Shown here: positions 1 through 10,565 of the stretch, piece after piece
Layout of the letters: each line of letters starts with the position of its first letter
How positions within the stretch are numbered: position 1 is the stretch's first letter
Virus record (IMG/VR): IMGVR_UViG_2740892489_000001
Origin: a virus
Taxonomy: Duplodnaviria; Heunggongvirae; Uroviricota; Caudoviricetes
Length of the DNA: 49,169 nucleotides
Reading direction: 5' to 3' (one strand)
The notes under the pieces: model-generated
Told to the model about the DNA's origin: nothing
Database searches by the model: none
Seen by the model: the letters and a program-made list of their open reading frames with translations, nothing else
Position numbers and translations under genes: made by a program

Positions 1-1237
1 CTACGATAACCGCGCATTCAACATGGCTATCTGTTCGTCGTTCATGTCATCAATCCACATACCGTAAATTTCATACACCATCTGCGCAGTTTCATGCCCC
101 ATTTGGCTGGCTATAAATGCCGGGTTCGCTCCTGCCGTCAACAGCCAGCAGGCAAAAGTATGCCGCGTATGGTACGGATTACGGCGGCGAATACCAGCAC
201 GTTTTACTGCTGCATTCCACCTTGCCCCCAAACTGCTTACCGAGTAATAAGGTTTTTGTTTTCCGTTACACACCCTGGGCATGAAAACAAAATGCAGTTT
301 TTGCTTTTCGGTTCTGCCGTACTCCCGATGATAAAAGGTGATTTCGCTTTTGCGATGATGCCCGGTCAGTTTGTATTGCTCCTTCAGTGCTTCAAGAGCA
401 GGCTGCAGTAGTGTTACTGTTCGGATCCCGGCATTTGTTTTTGGGGGACCGAACATATCAAGTATCGTCAGGTTTCTTCTGACATTCACTATTCCCTTTT
501 CGAGATCCACATCCTCCCACGCCAGAGCTGCCAGTTCCCCGTGACGAAGTCCTGAGTAAACGGCAAATTTCCACAAGTTCTGGCTCTGTCCTTTTTCACT
601 TTCCATTAATGCATTGAATTCTGTTTTAGATAACGGATCAGGCTTTATTCTGTTTCGCTGTAATTTTTTTACTCCTTCAAATGGTTTAGTTGATATAAAT
701 CCCGACTGATACGCAAAACGCAACAGCGAACAGAGCAGGGCGATATAGTTATCAACTGTGCGCACGGTTCTTCCTTTTTTTGTTGGATCTTGGATTATCC
801 AGGTAAAGCGTTTCTCCATGCAGCAGTTCATTCCGGTAGTTTAAGATATCGCTATAACGAATATGTGATATCGGGGTACTTTCACAAATTATTATTCTGA
901 GTGTTTTTAATTGTGATTTCGTTTTCTTCATTGTGTTTGTTGTTAACTCTGTCTCTTTAATTTTTGTCCAGATATCACAAAGCTCTCCGAACGTTTTTAT
1001 GACTCTCGTTGTCACCATTTTTGCCCCAGTGCTGGACTGGGGAAAACGTCTTAAATACTCAAATTCACCGGAGTTTATTTCATGAACTATCAGCGATCTT
1101 AAATTTCCGGCCTTTTTAATATTACTGTTTGTAATCTCCCAGCCTTTTAATGTTTCCCGACATCGTTTTCCTCGAAACATGAACCAGATGCGAATGTATC
1201 TACCTCTAATCTCGACACCTGTTGGTAATTTAGACAT
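1..1237 (-). CDS. intR: Tyrosine integrase (IntR-like); frame broken at T7 run 775-781
   Basis: ORFs 752..1237 (N-terminal part) and 1..831 (C-terminal catalytic part) overlap in different frames and together give about 411 aa. Confidence 0.85.
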
Positions 1238-1238
1238 A

Positions 1239-1454
1239 TCATGAGTCTTTGATAAACTGATTTATCTTTGGATAGTTGTACCAGATAATCCCTCGTTTGC
1301 TGTCTGGCTTACCTAAAGGAGATACTCGTTTGAAGTGGAAGCCCTCCACCCAACAGTTCTGGCGGTATGCTTCAATTTGTCTGGCCCCCAGACCAGTGCG
1401 AAGCATCAGGCCGTATTCAACCATCCACTCTTCATTAAAGATTACTTGTGCCAT
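1239..1454 (-). CDS. Excisionase-like small protein
   Basis: 79-aa ORF directly upstream of int on the same strand; internal Met ([10 protein letters not shown]) taken as start. Confidence 0.55.
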   Translation of the reverse strand: MAQVIFNEEWMVEYGLMLRTGLGARQIEAYRQNCWVEGFHFKRVSPLGKPDSKRGIIWYNYPKINQFIKDS

Positions 1455-1532
1455 CGCATCACCTCTGGCAGGCGCCAATGTTAGACTGAAATTGACGCCC
1501 GATGTTGATTATTAATAATCAGCTATGAAGTT

Positions 1533-1754
1533 TTAATTTGAATACAATGCAATTCTCGAGGACTGAAGTTTCTCGCAATTAAAATTTATCAGTTTTACTT
1601 TCTGCTCTCTGGAAACGCCTGCTTCTTTTTTACCTGAGAGCATTTTTTCGCATTCTGATTTCGTTAGTTTAGATTTTGAATATCTTGTCCAGTTAGTAGG
1701 AGTGCCACCTTCCTTTTCAATAGTGGCGGTAATTTTATACATGAACACCTCCAT
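1533..1754 (-). CDS. YdaC-like small prophage protein
   Basis: Internal Met MEVFMYKITATIEKEGG of the 93-aa ORF; position between xis and ralR as in Rac. Confidence 0.45.
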   Translation of the reverse strand: MEVFMYKITATIEKEGGTPTNWTRYSKSKLTKSECEKMLSGKKEAGVSREQKVKLINFNCEKLQSSRIALYSN

Positions 1755-1929
1755 TATTATTTCCAGTGGTTCGTTTATTCCATCTTTCGAGTGCTTCTTT
1801 TTCACTTCCACCATAACCGGTTCGGGATTCGCATCCGTTACACTTCGCTCGGTAATATCCTGAAATGGCTTTCACCGTTACTGATGGACAACCACAAAAT
1901 GGACATGGTTTAACATTGTCATATCTCAT
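1735..1929 (-). CDS. ralR: Restriction alleviation protein Lar/RalR-like
   Basis: MRYDNVKPCPFCGC...KCNGCESRTGYG Cys-rich motif, 64 aa, immediately upstream of recT. Confidence 0.65.
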   Translation of the reverse strand: MRYDNVKPCPFCGCPSVTVKAISGYYRAKCNGCESRTGYGGSEKEALERWNKRTTGNNNGGVHV

Positions 1930-1985
1930 AATTTTTCTCATAAAAAATATTTCAAGTTGGCGGTGCATTACACCGCCAGGCTGAA

Positions 1986-2795
1986 TTATTCCTCTGAATT
2001 ATCGATTACACTGTATTCCCCGGTTAATACAGAGGAATCTGCAGGATCGATTGTCAGTGGTTCCTTTTCATCCATTGATACTGCACGCTGGATCTCAATT
2101 GATACGGGCAGATATTTGAACAGGCGACGAATAGCCGTTTTCTTTGCCATTTCTTCCCAGTGAGTTACCCACGGCCCGTTATTACCAGCTTTACTCAGGC
2201 TGCGCACCAGCTCAATCTGTTTGCGCGTCATAACTTCAAACTGAGTACCTCCGTCTTTCAGTCTTGCGACAGCATAGACGTGGGTAACCGGGGCATCTTC
2301 GTTTTCTCCCGGGCGGTGTATTAACTTTTCATCAAGGCCAAATTCGAAGCTAAACTCGTCACCTTCACGGACAACACGGGCTGACAGGCTGGCGATTTGA
2401 CCAGAACGGCGAGCCAGATCAATCATGCCGCGATAGCCAATGATTAGCTGAACGTTCTTTTTACCGCTCTTTTCGTTTTTATTACCAAAAGGCAGTAAAT
2501 ATGCATGACCGAGGGCGCTACCTGGCTCAAGTCCGAGCTGTGAACACTGTACGATCGCACTGACAAAACTCATAGTGTCACAGTTTCCTAACGCCGGAAC
2601 TTTACGAATTTCTGTGGTGGCGATACGGATCATACGTTCAGCCGTCATATGGCGTGGAAGAGCTGCTGCCAGTTGCTCTTTCATTGATGGCTGGTTAATA
2701 AAACTAATCACGTCGCTATTTTTAACTGCTGCTGGTGCACGGTTTCCCTGAGTTTTTTGCAGATCGGCTTTTGCGATTGGTGGTTGCTTAGTCAT
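1986..2795 (-). CDS. recT: RecT single-strand annealing protein
   Basis: 269 aa from [14 protein letters not shown]; paired with recE. Confidence 0.9.
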   Translation of the reverse strand: MTKQPPIAKADLQKTQGNRAPAAVKNSDVISFINQPSMKEQLAAALPRHMTAERMIRIATTEIRKVPALGNCDTMSFVSAIVQCSQLGLEPGSALGHAYLLPFGNKNEKSGKKNVQLIIGYRGMIDLARRSGQIASLSARVVREGDEFSFEFGLDEKLIHRPGENEDAPVTHVYAVARLKDGGTQFEVMTRKQIELVRSLSKAGNNGPWVTHWEEMAKKTAIRRLFKYLPVSIEIQRAVSMDEKEPLTIDPADSSVLTGEYSVIDNSEE

Positions 2796-5389
2796 TTGCA
2801 TATTCCTTAGCCCAGCGGGGCAGTGATAATGTCTTAATAGCTGGCCATTCATCGGTATTCAGGCAGTCAGACAGGGTTCGCAGATTGCGGTGATATTCCT
2901 GTTGACCTGCCAGTTTTGCTTCTTCGCCCATCATGAAAATTTCAACCGGATAACGTCCGCATTCAATAGTTGTGCTGGCAACCAGAAAAACGAAAGTTGG
3001 CTGCACTCCAAACTGTGCTTCATAACCGTCACTGTAGAATGCATCCTGAACGTGATAGCGGTAGTCGTAATAAGCGGTTTTGAATCGTTGAATATCCGCC
3101 GTAGTTTTCACGTCCATGATCCAGTGAAATTCAGGGATAATTTTGTCCGGACGGCACCGACACAAAATTCCTGTTTCAGGATCTTCCCAGTAAATTGATG
3201 ATTCAGCGTGTCCGGCGCTTTCAACAAGCCATTGCCCCAGCGGCAAAGCCATAACGCTTTGATACATGAGTTCAATTTTCCGGCCTTCTTCCGCAGTGAT
3301 AACCGTTTTTCCTGTGCTTGCGCATTCCATCAGAAACGCTTTCTCTTCTTCTTTTCCGGCGTTTGTACGGCGGTTAAATTCAGGTGCTACGATAAAGCGG
3401 TTACTGAATTCTTCCGGTTCAAGTACCCGGCAGTGGAAAGCAGTTCCTAAATCGAGCGTTTTTGTCTTTGTGGTGTCCACGGGGGCATTTTTACGCCACA
3501 AATATAGTGCCGGAGTATCAGCAATGTCATCGAGCTGAGACTTACTGATACCGGGACCCGCGTGGTAATTCTCATTCGAAATTCCGTAATAAATACCTGG
3601 CTCTATGTCTTCTACGATTACGGGATCTGCGACTTCGCCAGTTTCATCACTGCAATCGCGATGCGGATCGCTGCCAGCATTCTCATTGTGCGGATGTTCA
3701 GCGCCTTCCATTTCCTCCGGATCATTTTCCTTAGCTTCAACCTGACTCTCTTCATCGAATGTTTCCTGGTATGTTGCGTCGCCCATCACCGCACCACAGT
3801 CAGGGCAGTTATCCCCGCCAGTCTGGCCGCAGGCATTGCAGGCTATTTCCGGTTCCTGTTGCACTACTGGCTCAGGTTGATTCATATCTGGGCTGGTTTT
3901 TTCCGTTTCTGGCTGGTTCTGGTACACACAATCGCGAGTCTGGATCCCCTTTACCCATTTCGGATCGTTCGGGTCGCTAATTCCGTCAACAAATTCACCA
4001 CGTGATGCAGCAAGCAATTTATCGGCATCGACAGGATTTTTTGATGGAATGTTTTTCCGGGCTTCATGGAGTTCTGCCCGCAGTTCCTGATATTTCGCAT
4101 CAACAGAATTTACCTGTGACTGAGCATCCAGCGGCTGCGTGTCCTGATGATGTTCAGTTGCGTCCGGTTCCATTGTTTCAGCCTCTCCCTGTTCAACTGC
4201 CGTTGTTCCAGATGGTTGCGGTTTTTCTTCATCATCCTGTTTTCCTTCTTCTGTTACTCGCTGCGGCATCGGGGCAGAGGAGCGACCGCAGGCAATATCC
4301 ACGATTTCCGGATCAGGGTTGGCATGATCGGTTTCAGTCAGTACTTTGTTCAGATATTCAGTGACGTGCGCGGGGATGACCTCGATCCCAATTGGTGCTT
4401 CTTTTACGGACGCAACCACGATGGCGCGGGAATAATCCAGCCCGCCAGGCATGGTGATGAATTTGTCGCGGAAAACAGAAAAGGGCGGTTTATTTTCAGC
4501 GATAATTTCCTCAATGCGTTTAGCGTGTGCCGGATGAAGGTTATAGATGTCCAGATCCATTGAACGGGCCAGTACGCCAGTGGCTACGTCGCGCGCCAGT
4601 GACGTCAGATCGTGTACGAAACCTTCGCCGCGATCGGTGAGGTTTCCGCCGCCAGCATTAGCACCGGAAGCCGTGCGAGTGATGTGTGAAACACGATTAC
4701 CCTTCATCCACTCTTTTGTCAGCAGTCCTCGATCGGTGTAGTCAGCGTTCAGGTATGCTTCGAAAAAAGCAGTTATCAGTCCCAGGTTTGAATTACCAGG
4801 ATTAGGGAAAACTTTGTCAGTGTCACGAACCAGTTTGTGGAGTTCGCGAATTTCCAGCGGGTCGAGCAGGCTGGTTTTGTGGGAAACAGCCAGGGCAGTA
4901 ACAGCCGGTAGTTCTTCAGCCCGAGCAATGTGTAATGCCTGGAGTCCGTCGCGTGAAACGTGCGTTACCGGTTTTTCGCTGCCGTGTTGAGCAAGCCAAC
5001 GAATGGGCAGTTCCTGGCCAGAAATTGGGAGTAGCATATTCTCCTCAATCTCAGTCATGTCTTCGCCGTTGACGTTGGTATTGCCTTGATAGTGAGCGTT
5101 GTCTGGTGCTGCTCCCGGTTTTAGTTCCCATGTCATGGAGTCTTTGCTGAGTTGATAGCGTTCACTCCAGGTAAAATCGATCTCACCTTCAGCGGGCAGG
5201 TCATTAACGACAGGAAAATTCGTGGCAACAGCTTTAAAATAGCTGCTCAGTTTTTTACCTGACTTAACGATCAGGTAGTCCAGAGTGGCACAGGTCGATT
5301 CAAAATCGTTGCTTGCCCACAGGACGACGTCAGGTTCACCGGATGATTTTTTTCGCTTTCCGTAACAGGAAGAGTGGTTTTGTGCTCAT
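2788..5389 (-). CDS. recE: RecE exonuclease VIII; N-terminus displaced by frameshift at T7 run 5347-5353
   Basis: 782-aa ORF from [11 protein letters not shown] ending [13 protein letters not shown]; upstream 17-codon [14 protein letters not shown] fragment joins in frame if the run is one base shorter. Confidence 0.9.
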
Positions 5390-5490
5390 TGTTTTTTAAC
5401 CTCAACTCAGATTAAAATTCGTTTTGTTCAGTGAATGATCTTGCCGGATACACACTGTTCATAGCCTGCGCCATACGCAGGCTATTTCTT

Positions 5491-5767
5491 TCAGATTTCA
5501 CCTTTTAATTTCATTGCAATTAGAGTTGCCAGAAATTCGGCTTTTTTTTCTGCGGGCAGATTCTTTCCGATATGCACCAGGCACATTTTTTTTGACACCT
5601 TCATCAAGTGTTTTTACGTTGCCTGATGGACCATCGATATCAACCACAGTGAATGGGGTTTCTTTATTTTCTGTTTTAATTACGTAGCCAATGCGCTTTC
5701 CTTCCAGATTCACCTCGTGAACAATGTCATCGGTAGTTACAACAGTGGCTTCATAATTGGTAATCAT
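5491..5767 (-). CDS. racC: RacC-like protein; frame broken at T8 run 5586-5593
   Basis: MITNYEATVVTTDDIVHEVNLEGKRIGYVIK... N-terminus; expected C-terminus (MCLVHIGKNLPAEKK...) is in the adjacent frame. Confidence 0.6.
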
Positions 5768-5841
5768 GTTTTTCTCCTTAATTAAGGTTGAGCGAATACC
5801 TGCCATTTCTGGCATAAATTCAGTTTCGAATAGTCAATTAA

Positions 5842-5994
5842 TTAAAGTTCATGTGCCATCTGGTCTTTTTCGGCACAAGCTTCACTGCAATATTTTCTCG
5901 GTTCGTCTTTTGATAAAATCCCGTGCATGAAGTGAAGCATTCTTTCAATAGCTTTGCTTTCTTCAACGTCTTTTTTTGCAAAGGTGGTAAGCAC
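5842..5994 (-). CDS. YdaE-like small Cys-containing protein (GTG start assumed)
   Basis: Open frame ...ESKAIERMLHFMHGILSKDEPRKYCSEACAEKDQMAHEL between racC and kilR; start and frame uncertain. Confidence 0.3.
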   Translation of the reverse strand: MLTTFAKKDVEESKAIERMLHFMHGILSKDEPRKYCSEACAEKDQMAHEL

Positions 5995-6012
5995 ATTTTA
6001 TTTTCTTAGTCA

Positions 6013-6233
6013 TCACCATGACTCCGCCTTTACAGGTAAACCATCACGACCGAGGAAGACTTTAATCATGCGGTCAGTAATGCATGTTTTTGTGGTCAGG
6101 TTACGAATATATAGTTTTCGCTTTTTAATATTGTTTGCCGAGCAATATATGTCCGGCCTTCATGAAGAACATAATCGCCAGGAGTCACACACTGACGTGG
6201 TATTTCATCAGTTCCGAAGTGATGTGCAATCAT
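6013..6233 (-). CDS. kilR: KilR-like killing protein; frame appears broken near 6140
   Basis: [31 protein letters not shown] in one frame, ...[14 protein letters not shown] in the adjacent frame. Confidence 0.5.
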
Positions 6234-6675
6234 AATTATCTCCATTTTTACAAATGAACTTTGTTGATGCGGTGCCTGGTGCCTCCAGGTGACTGCAACC
6301 AGTTAACAATTACAGTCGGCTTTCCCACCCAAACCAATAAGGACTAACATGACTTTTAACTGTGCCACGTGCGCTTAGCCGCATTCACCGCATCACAAAA
6401 TTCACTTTAAAAAGGGCGGACATCAGCCGAACTTCAAGAAAAAAAACTGATGCCGCCAGGACTACACACAGCAATGTCGTTATTTACAACCGGAGGCGCA
6501 CTCCCACCATTTAAATTTAACAGACAAGACCGACTCTTTATGGATATCGGAAATGCGCCTTCGTGTTGTGCCCGGTTTTATTTCACCACCTCCGGGCTTC
6601 GGTGGTCTCGGCTATACCCCTACAGCGAGAGCTTGTGTTAACATTTCAATACCCTTACAGTTGAGAGTTATTGAT

Positions 6676-7164
6676 ATGTTGGATGTATTTACTCCATTGT
6701 TGAAACTTTTTGCTAACGAGCCACTCGAAAGACTTATGTATACGATTATCATTTTTGGTCTCACTCTCTGGCTGATACCGAAAGAGTTTACTGTCGCATT
6801 CAATGCTTATACTGAAATACCTTGGCTCTTTCAGATTATCGTTTTTGCCTTTTCTTTCGTGGTCGCCATTTCCTTCTCAAGATTGCGAGCACATATTCAA
6901 AAGCATTATTCATTACTACCAGAGCAACGAGTATTGCTTCGTTTATCTGAGAAAGAAATCGCTGTATTTAAAGATTTCCTTAAAACAGGAAATCTTATTA
7001 TCACTTCTCCTTGCCGTAACCCGGTTATGAAAAAATTAGAACGGAAGGGCATCATTCAACATCAGAGTGATAGCGCAAACTGTTCTTATTATCTCGTCAC
7101 CGAAAAATACTCCCATTTTATGAAGTTATTCTGGAACAGCAGGAGTAGACGTTTTAATCGTTAG
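6676..7164 (+). CDS. sieB: Superinfection exclusion protein B
   Basis: MLDVFTPLLKLFANEPLERLMYTIIIFGLTLWLIP..., hydrophobic N-terminus; ATG at 6676 inside the longer track ORF. Confidence 0.8.
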   Translation: MLDVFTPLLKLFANEPLERLMYTIIIFGLTLWLIPKEFTVAFNAYTEIPWLFQIIVFAFSFVVAISFSRLRAHIQKHYSLLPEQRVLLRLSEKEIAVFKDFLKTGNLIITSPCRNPVMKKLERKGIIQHQSDSANCSYYLVTEKYSHFMKLFWNSRSRRFNR

Positions 7165-7316
7165 CTTACTGTGTGCTTCTCCAACCATCGGCGCGCACCA
7201 GTTTCGGTTTTAAATGTTTTGCTTTTGGTATACGTCATGGCAGTGAACGTTCCATCCTGGTTGGGGAACACGCCGCACACCAGGGATTCGTTGTTGCCGA
7301 GGTCGATTTTTTGCAT
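7161..7316 (-). CDS. YdaF-like small protein (51 aa)
   Basis: Hand translation MQKIDLGNNESLVCGVFPNQDGTF...; below track length cut-off. Confidence 0.45.
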   Translation of the reverse strand: MQKIDLGNNESLVCGVFPNQDGTFTAMTYTKSKTFKTETGARRWLEKHTVS

Positions 7317-7326
7317 TTTGCGAATC

Positions 7327-7461
7327 TCACATCTTGTTGCTACGTATAGCGACTTCTGCCTGCCAGAGATCCCAGTCGTTGCTGCGTAAAGCCTGCACAG
7401 CCTGGTTGTAAGTGATACCGCAACAATCCATCAAATACTGAACTACTTCGTAATGCACCAT
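7327..7461 (-). CDS. YdaG-like small protein (44 aa)
   Basis: Hand translation MVHYEVVQYLMDCCGITYNQAVQALRSNDWDLWQAEVAIRSNKM. Confidence 0.45.
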   Translation of the reverse strand: MVHYEVVQYLMDCCGITYNQAVQALRSNDWDLWQAEVAIRSNKM

Positions 7462-7631
7462 CTTATCTATCCCCTTAACGCCGGGTGGCGGAACTAACTG
7501 CTGCACTGCAAAATTTGAATCCCGCCGTCATGTTCATACGCCTCGGGCTGGCTACTTAACCCCTGACCACTGCCTGGTAACTCGAAGTATTGCCCGGCGT
7601 TCTGTGGGGCGGGGTGGGTTGGTAGGTATAT

Positions 7632-7674
7632 AATGTACTTTGTGTTCATCATTGTAAAGTACTTTAAGTACATT
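7632..7674. promoter_or_regulatory. Left operator-like cluster of GTACT-core palindromic motifs
   Basis: AATGTACT, AAAGTACT and AAGTACATT within 43 bp downstream of racR; same motif recurs at 8195-8226. Confidence 0.35.
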
Positions 7675-7748
7675 TTATGTATAAAAAAATGAGACGGGAT
7701 AAAGTGAAGCACAAACCCGGAGGGGGACGCTACCGGATTTATGCTGGT

Positions 7749-8171
7749 TTAAGAGGCTTTTTTGTTTTTTTCTTTCGTGCTAACTCTTCGTAAATTGCAT
7801 TGTACTTCTGTTTTTTTCTCCTCAAGAGTTTTTAAAAGTTCATCTGTCTCACTGTCAGGGAGCTCGTCCAGAAGGTCAATGATGATTTTTTGTCTTGGAT
7901 TTAACTCCTGATAGAAACGTATCTGTCCACTTTCTTCTGTATCCTCTCCCAAAAGATAGGTTGGTGTTGTTCCAATGAGTGTTGCTAATTCCCTTAATTT
8001 CTCTCGGCGAGGAATTGTTTCACCATTAAACCATTTGCTAACCGCTTTTGGTGTTAATTTCATTCGACGGGCAATTTCTGCCTGCCTTCCATGTTGTTCA
8101 TAACCAGCGTTTTCACAGGCTAGCGCAAGCCTACTGGCGAACTCTTTACGCGCTTTATCTTCATGAACCAT
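7749..8171 (-). CDS. racR: Prophage repressor, XRE-type HTH (RacR-like)
   Basis: HTH-like segment AEIARRMKLTPKAVSKWFNGETIP; divergent from the Cro-like gene; C-terminus passes two A7 runs so the exact end is uncertain. Confidence 0.7.
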   Translation of the reverse strand: MVHEDKARKEFASRLALACENAGYEQHGRQAEIARRMKLTPKAVSKWFNGETIPRREKLRELATLIGTTPTYLLGEDTEESGQIRFYQELNPRQKIIIDLLDELPDSETDELLKTLEEKKTEVQCNLRRVSTKEKNKKAS

Positions 8172-8250
8172 AAGTTCAATGATATTCGCTCTTGAATGTA
8201 CTGTCAGTTCTGTTATAGCATGTACTCAAAGTTCACATTGTGAGGATGAT
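8172..8250. promoter_or_regulatory. Divergent promoter/operator region between repressor and Cro-like gene
   Basis: AATGTACT (8195-8202) and CATGTACT (8219-8226); possible -35 TTGAAT / -10 TATAGC for the rightward gene. Confidence 0.4.
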
Positions 8251-8505
8251 ATGAACCAGAAAACACTTGAAGATGTAATCAAAACTGTTCGCGTTTCTGT
8301 TGTGGCCGACGTTTGTGGTGTCAGCCAAAGAGCAATCTACAAATGGATGGATAACGGAAAATTGCCTCGCACAGAATATACCGGCGAAACAAATTACGCT
8401 GAAAAAATCGCTCATGCATCAAACGGATTATTTTCTGCCGATGCAATTTTAACTATTGGCAGAAATAAAACTACTACGAAAAAGCTGATGGGAGTTGATT
8501 CATGA
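8251..8505 (+). CDS. Cro/YdaS-like HTH protein
   Basis: MNQKTLEDVIKTVRVSVVADVCGVSQRAIYKWM HTH; GAGGA Shine-Dalgarno before ATG 8251. Confidence 0.6.
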   Translation: MNQKTLEDVIKTVRVSVVADVCGVSQRAIYKWMDNGKLPRTEYTGETNYAEKIAHASNGLFSADAILTIGRNKTTTKKLMGVDS

Positions 8506-8924
8506 AAATCAAGCATGAGCACATCGAATCAGTGTTGTTAGCCCTGGCAGCCGAAAAAGGGCAGGCGTGGGTCGCTAACGCAATTACTGAAGAATATCTG
8601 CACCAGGGGGGCGGCGAATTGCCCCTGGTACCAGGCAAGGACTGGAACAATCAGCAGAATATCTATCATCGTTGGTTGAAAGGTGAAACGAATGCGCAAA
8701 GGGAAAAAATTCAGAAACTGATCCCTGCGGTTCTGGCAATTCTTCCTCGCGAGCTGCGTCACCGACTCTGCATCTTCGATACCTTGGAACGCCGTGCATT
8801 ACTGGCGGCACAGGATGCACTGAGTACGGCAATTGATGCGCATGATGATGCAGTCCAGGCCGTTTACCGTAAAGCACATTTCAGCGGCGGCGGTTCTCCT
8901 AGCGATTCTGTCGTAGTGCATTGA
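8502..8924 (+). CDS. YdaT-like (CII-position) regulatory protein
   Basis: 140-aa ORF overlapping the upstream stop (ATGA); position as ydaT in Rac. Confidence 0.5.
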   Translation: MKIKHEHIESVLLALAAEKGQAWVANAITEEYLHQGGGELPLVPGKDWNNQQNIYHRWLKGETNAQREKIQKLIPAVLAILPRELRHRLCIFDTLERRALLAAQDALSTAIDAHDDAVQAVYRKAHFSGGGSPSDSVVVH

Positions 8925-9001
8925 TTGAAATTAATCGTACCGAACTGTTTTGTTCGGTATCAGTTAAATGTAACGCTGCGAGCGTTACAAGGTGAAAACA
9001 A

Positions 9002-9790
9002 ATGGCTTCAAACTGGATAAAGCTCGAAGTTATTACGCCGGATAAGCCGGAAATATTCAGGCTTGCTGAGATTCTGAATATTGATCCAGATGCCGCATTA
9101 GGGAAAGTCATTCGCTTCTGGGCATGGGCGGATCAACAAATGATAGACGGTAACGCAGAGTGTAACGCTCGAGGCGTTACAAAAAGTGCAATAGACCGTA
9201 TCACTTTTATGGCTGGTTTTGCTGATGCGTTAATTCAGGTTGGATGGCTGGTCGAAAGTGATGGAGTGCTTTCACTACCAAACTTTGAGCGTCATAACGG
9301 AAAAAGCTCGAAAAAACGGGCGGTTACAAACGAGAGAGTTACAAAAATACGCGAACTGAAGCGAAAAGGTAACGCTGCCAGCGTTACACAAACGGATCAA
9401 AAAGCGTTACCAGAGGAAGAGGAAGAGGAAGATATAAATACTGATCTCCCCCTAAATCCCCCTCGGCAAAAACGAGCGTCTAAACAATTCGAGCCGGAGG
9501 CCATTGCTCTGCCCGACTGGTTGCCAGAAACACTCTGGAATGAGTGGGTCCAGTTCAGGCAGGCATTGCGAAAACCGATTCGAACGGAGCAGGGCGCTAA
9601 CGGGGCGATACGGGAACTGGAAAAATTCCGCCAGCAGGGTTTTACCCCTGAGCAGGTGATTCGACACAGCATCGCCAATGAATACCAGGGCTTGTTCGCG
9701 CCGAAAAGTGTTCGGCCTGAGACGTTGCTCCGACAGGTTAACACTGTCTCGTTTCCGGACAGTGCGATCCCGCCAGGCTTCAGGGGGTAA
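9002..9790 (+). CDS. Replication initiation protein, O-like
   Basis: 262 aa with acidic linker EEEEEED; iteron-like repeats inside the coding region; followed by DnaC-like gene. Confidence 0.7.
   Translation: MASNWIKLEVITPDKPEIFRLAEILNIDPDAALGKVIRFWAWADQQMIDGNAECNARGVTKSAIDRITFMAGFADALIQVGWLVESDGVLSLPNFERHNGKSSKKRAVTNERVTKIRELKRKGNAASVTQTDQKALPEEEEEEDINTDLPLNPPRQKRASKQFEPEAIALPDWLPETLWNEWVQFRQALRKPIRTEQGANGAIRELEKFRQQGFTPEQVIRHSIANEYQGLFAPKSVRPETLLRQVNTVSFPDSAIPPGFRG
9149..9410. repeat. Iteron-like GTAACGC / GCGTTAC repeats (candidate ori)
   Basis: GTAACGC at 9150 and 9162, GCGTTAC at 9174 and 9404, palindrome GTAACGCTGCCAGCGTTAC at 9369-9387; similar palindrome at 8970-8988. Confidence 0.6.
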
Positions 9791-9796
9791 CTGACC

Positions 9797-10543
9797 ATGA
9801 AAAATATTGCGACAGGCGGCGTTCTGGAACGTATCCGCAGACTGGCCCCGCCACATGTAACCGCGCCATTCAGGACGGTGGCGGAGTGGCGCGAGTGGCA
9901 ACTTGCAGAAGGCCAGAAACGTTGCGAGGAGATCAATCGCCAGAATCGTCAGTTGCGGGTGGAAAAAATTCTGAATCGCTCCGGCATCCAGCCGTTGCAC
10001 CGCAAATGCTCGTTTTCGAATTACCAGGTGCAGAACGACGGCCAGCGATACGCGTTGAGCCAGGCGAAATCCATCGCCGATGAACTGATGGTCGGGTGTA
10101 CAAATTTTGCGTTTAGCGGAAAACCTGGTACCGGAAAAAACCATCTGGCGGCGGCTATCGGGAATCGCCTGCTGAAAAACGGTCAGACAGTGATTGTGGT
10201 TACCGTGGCTGATGTTATGAGTGCTCTACACGCCAGCTATGACGACGGGCAATCAGGCGAAAAATTTTTGCGGGAACTGTGCGAAGTGGATCTGCTGGTT
10301 CTTGATGAAATTGGCATTCAGCGCGAGACAAAAAACGAGCAGGTGGTACTGCACCAGATTGTTGATCGCCGGACAGCGTCGATCCGCAGCGTGGGGATGC
10401 TGACAAACCTGAACTATGAGGCCATGAAAACATTGCTCGGCGAGAGGATTATGGATCGGATGACCATGAACGGCGGGCGATGGGTGAATTTTAACTGGGA
10501 GAGCTGGCGCCCGAATGTTGGTCAGCCAGGAATTGAGAAGTAA
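9797..10543 (+). CDS. DnaC-like helicase loader ATPase
   Basis: Walker A GKPGTGKNHLAAAIG and Walker B LLVLDEIG. Confidence 0.85.
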   Translation: MKNIATGGVLERIRRLAPPHVTAPFRTVAEWREWQLAEGQKRCEEINRQNRQLRVEKILNRSGIQPLHRKCSFSNYQVQNDGQRYALSQAKSIADELMVGCTNFAFSGKPGTGKNHLAAAIGNRLLKNGQTVIVVTVADVMSALHASYDDGQSGEKFLRELCEVDLLVLDEIGIQRETKNEQVVLHQIVDRRTASIRSVGMLTNLNYEAMKTLLGERIMDRMTMNGGRWVNFNWESWRPNVGQPGIEK

Positions 10544-10565
10544 TTTTTACCGGGAGGAAATTTTA

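Noticed and set aside
1-60. Attachment site next to the integrase
   Set aside because: The integrase stop codon is at positions 1-3, so any att core lies outside the window.
2890-4741. Plus-strand ORFs inside recE
   Set aside because: Antisense to a clearly conserved RecE frame; translations look random.
9397-10144. Minus-strand ORFs antisense to the O-like and DnaC-like genes
   Set aside because: Overlap conserved sense-strand genes; no motifs.
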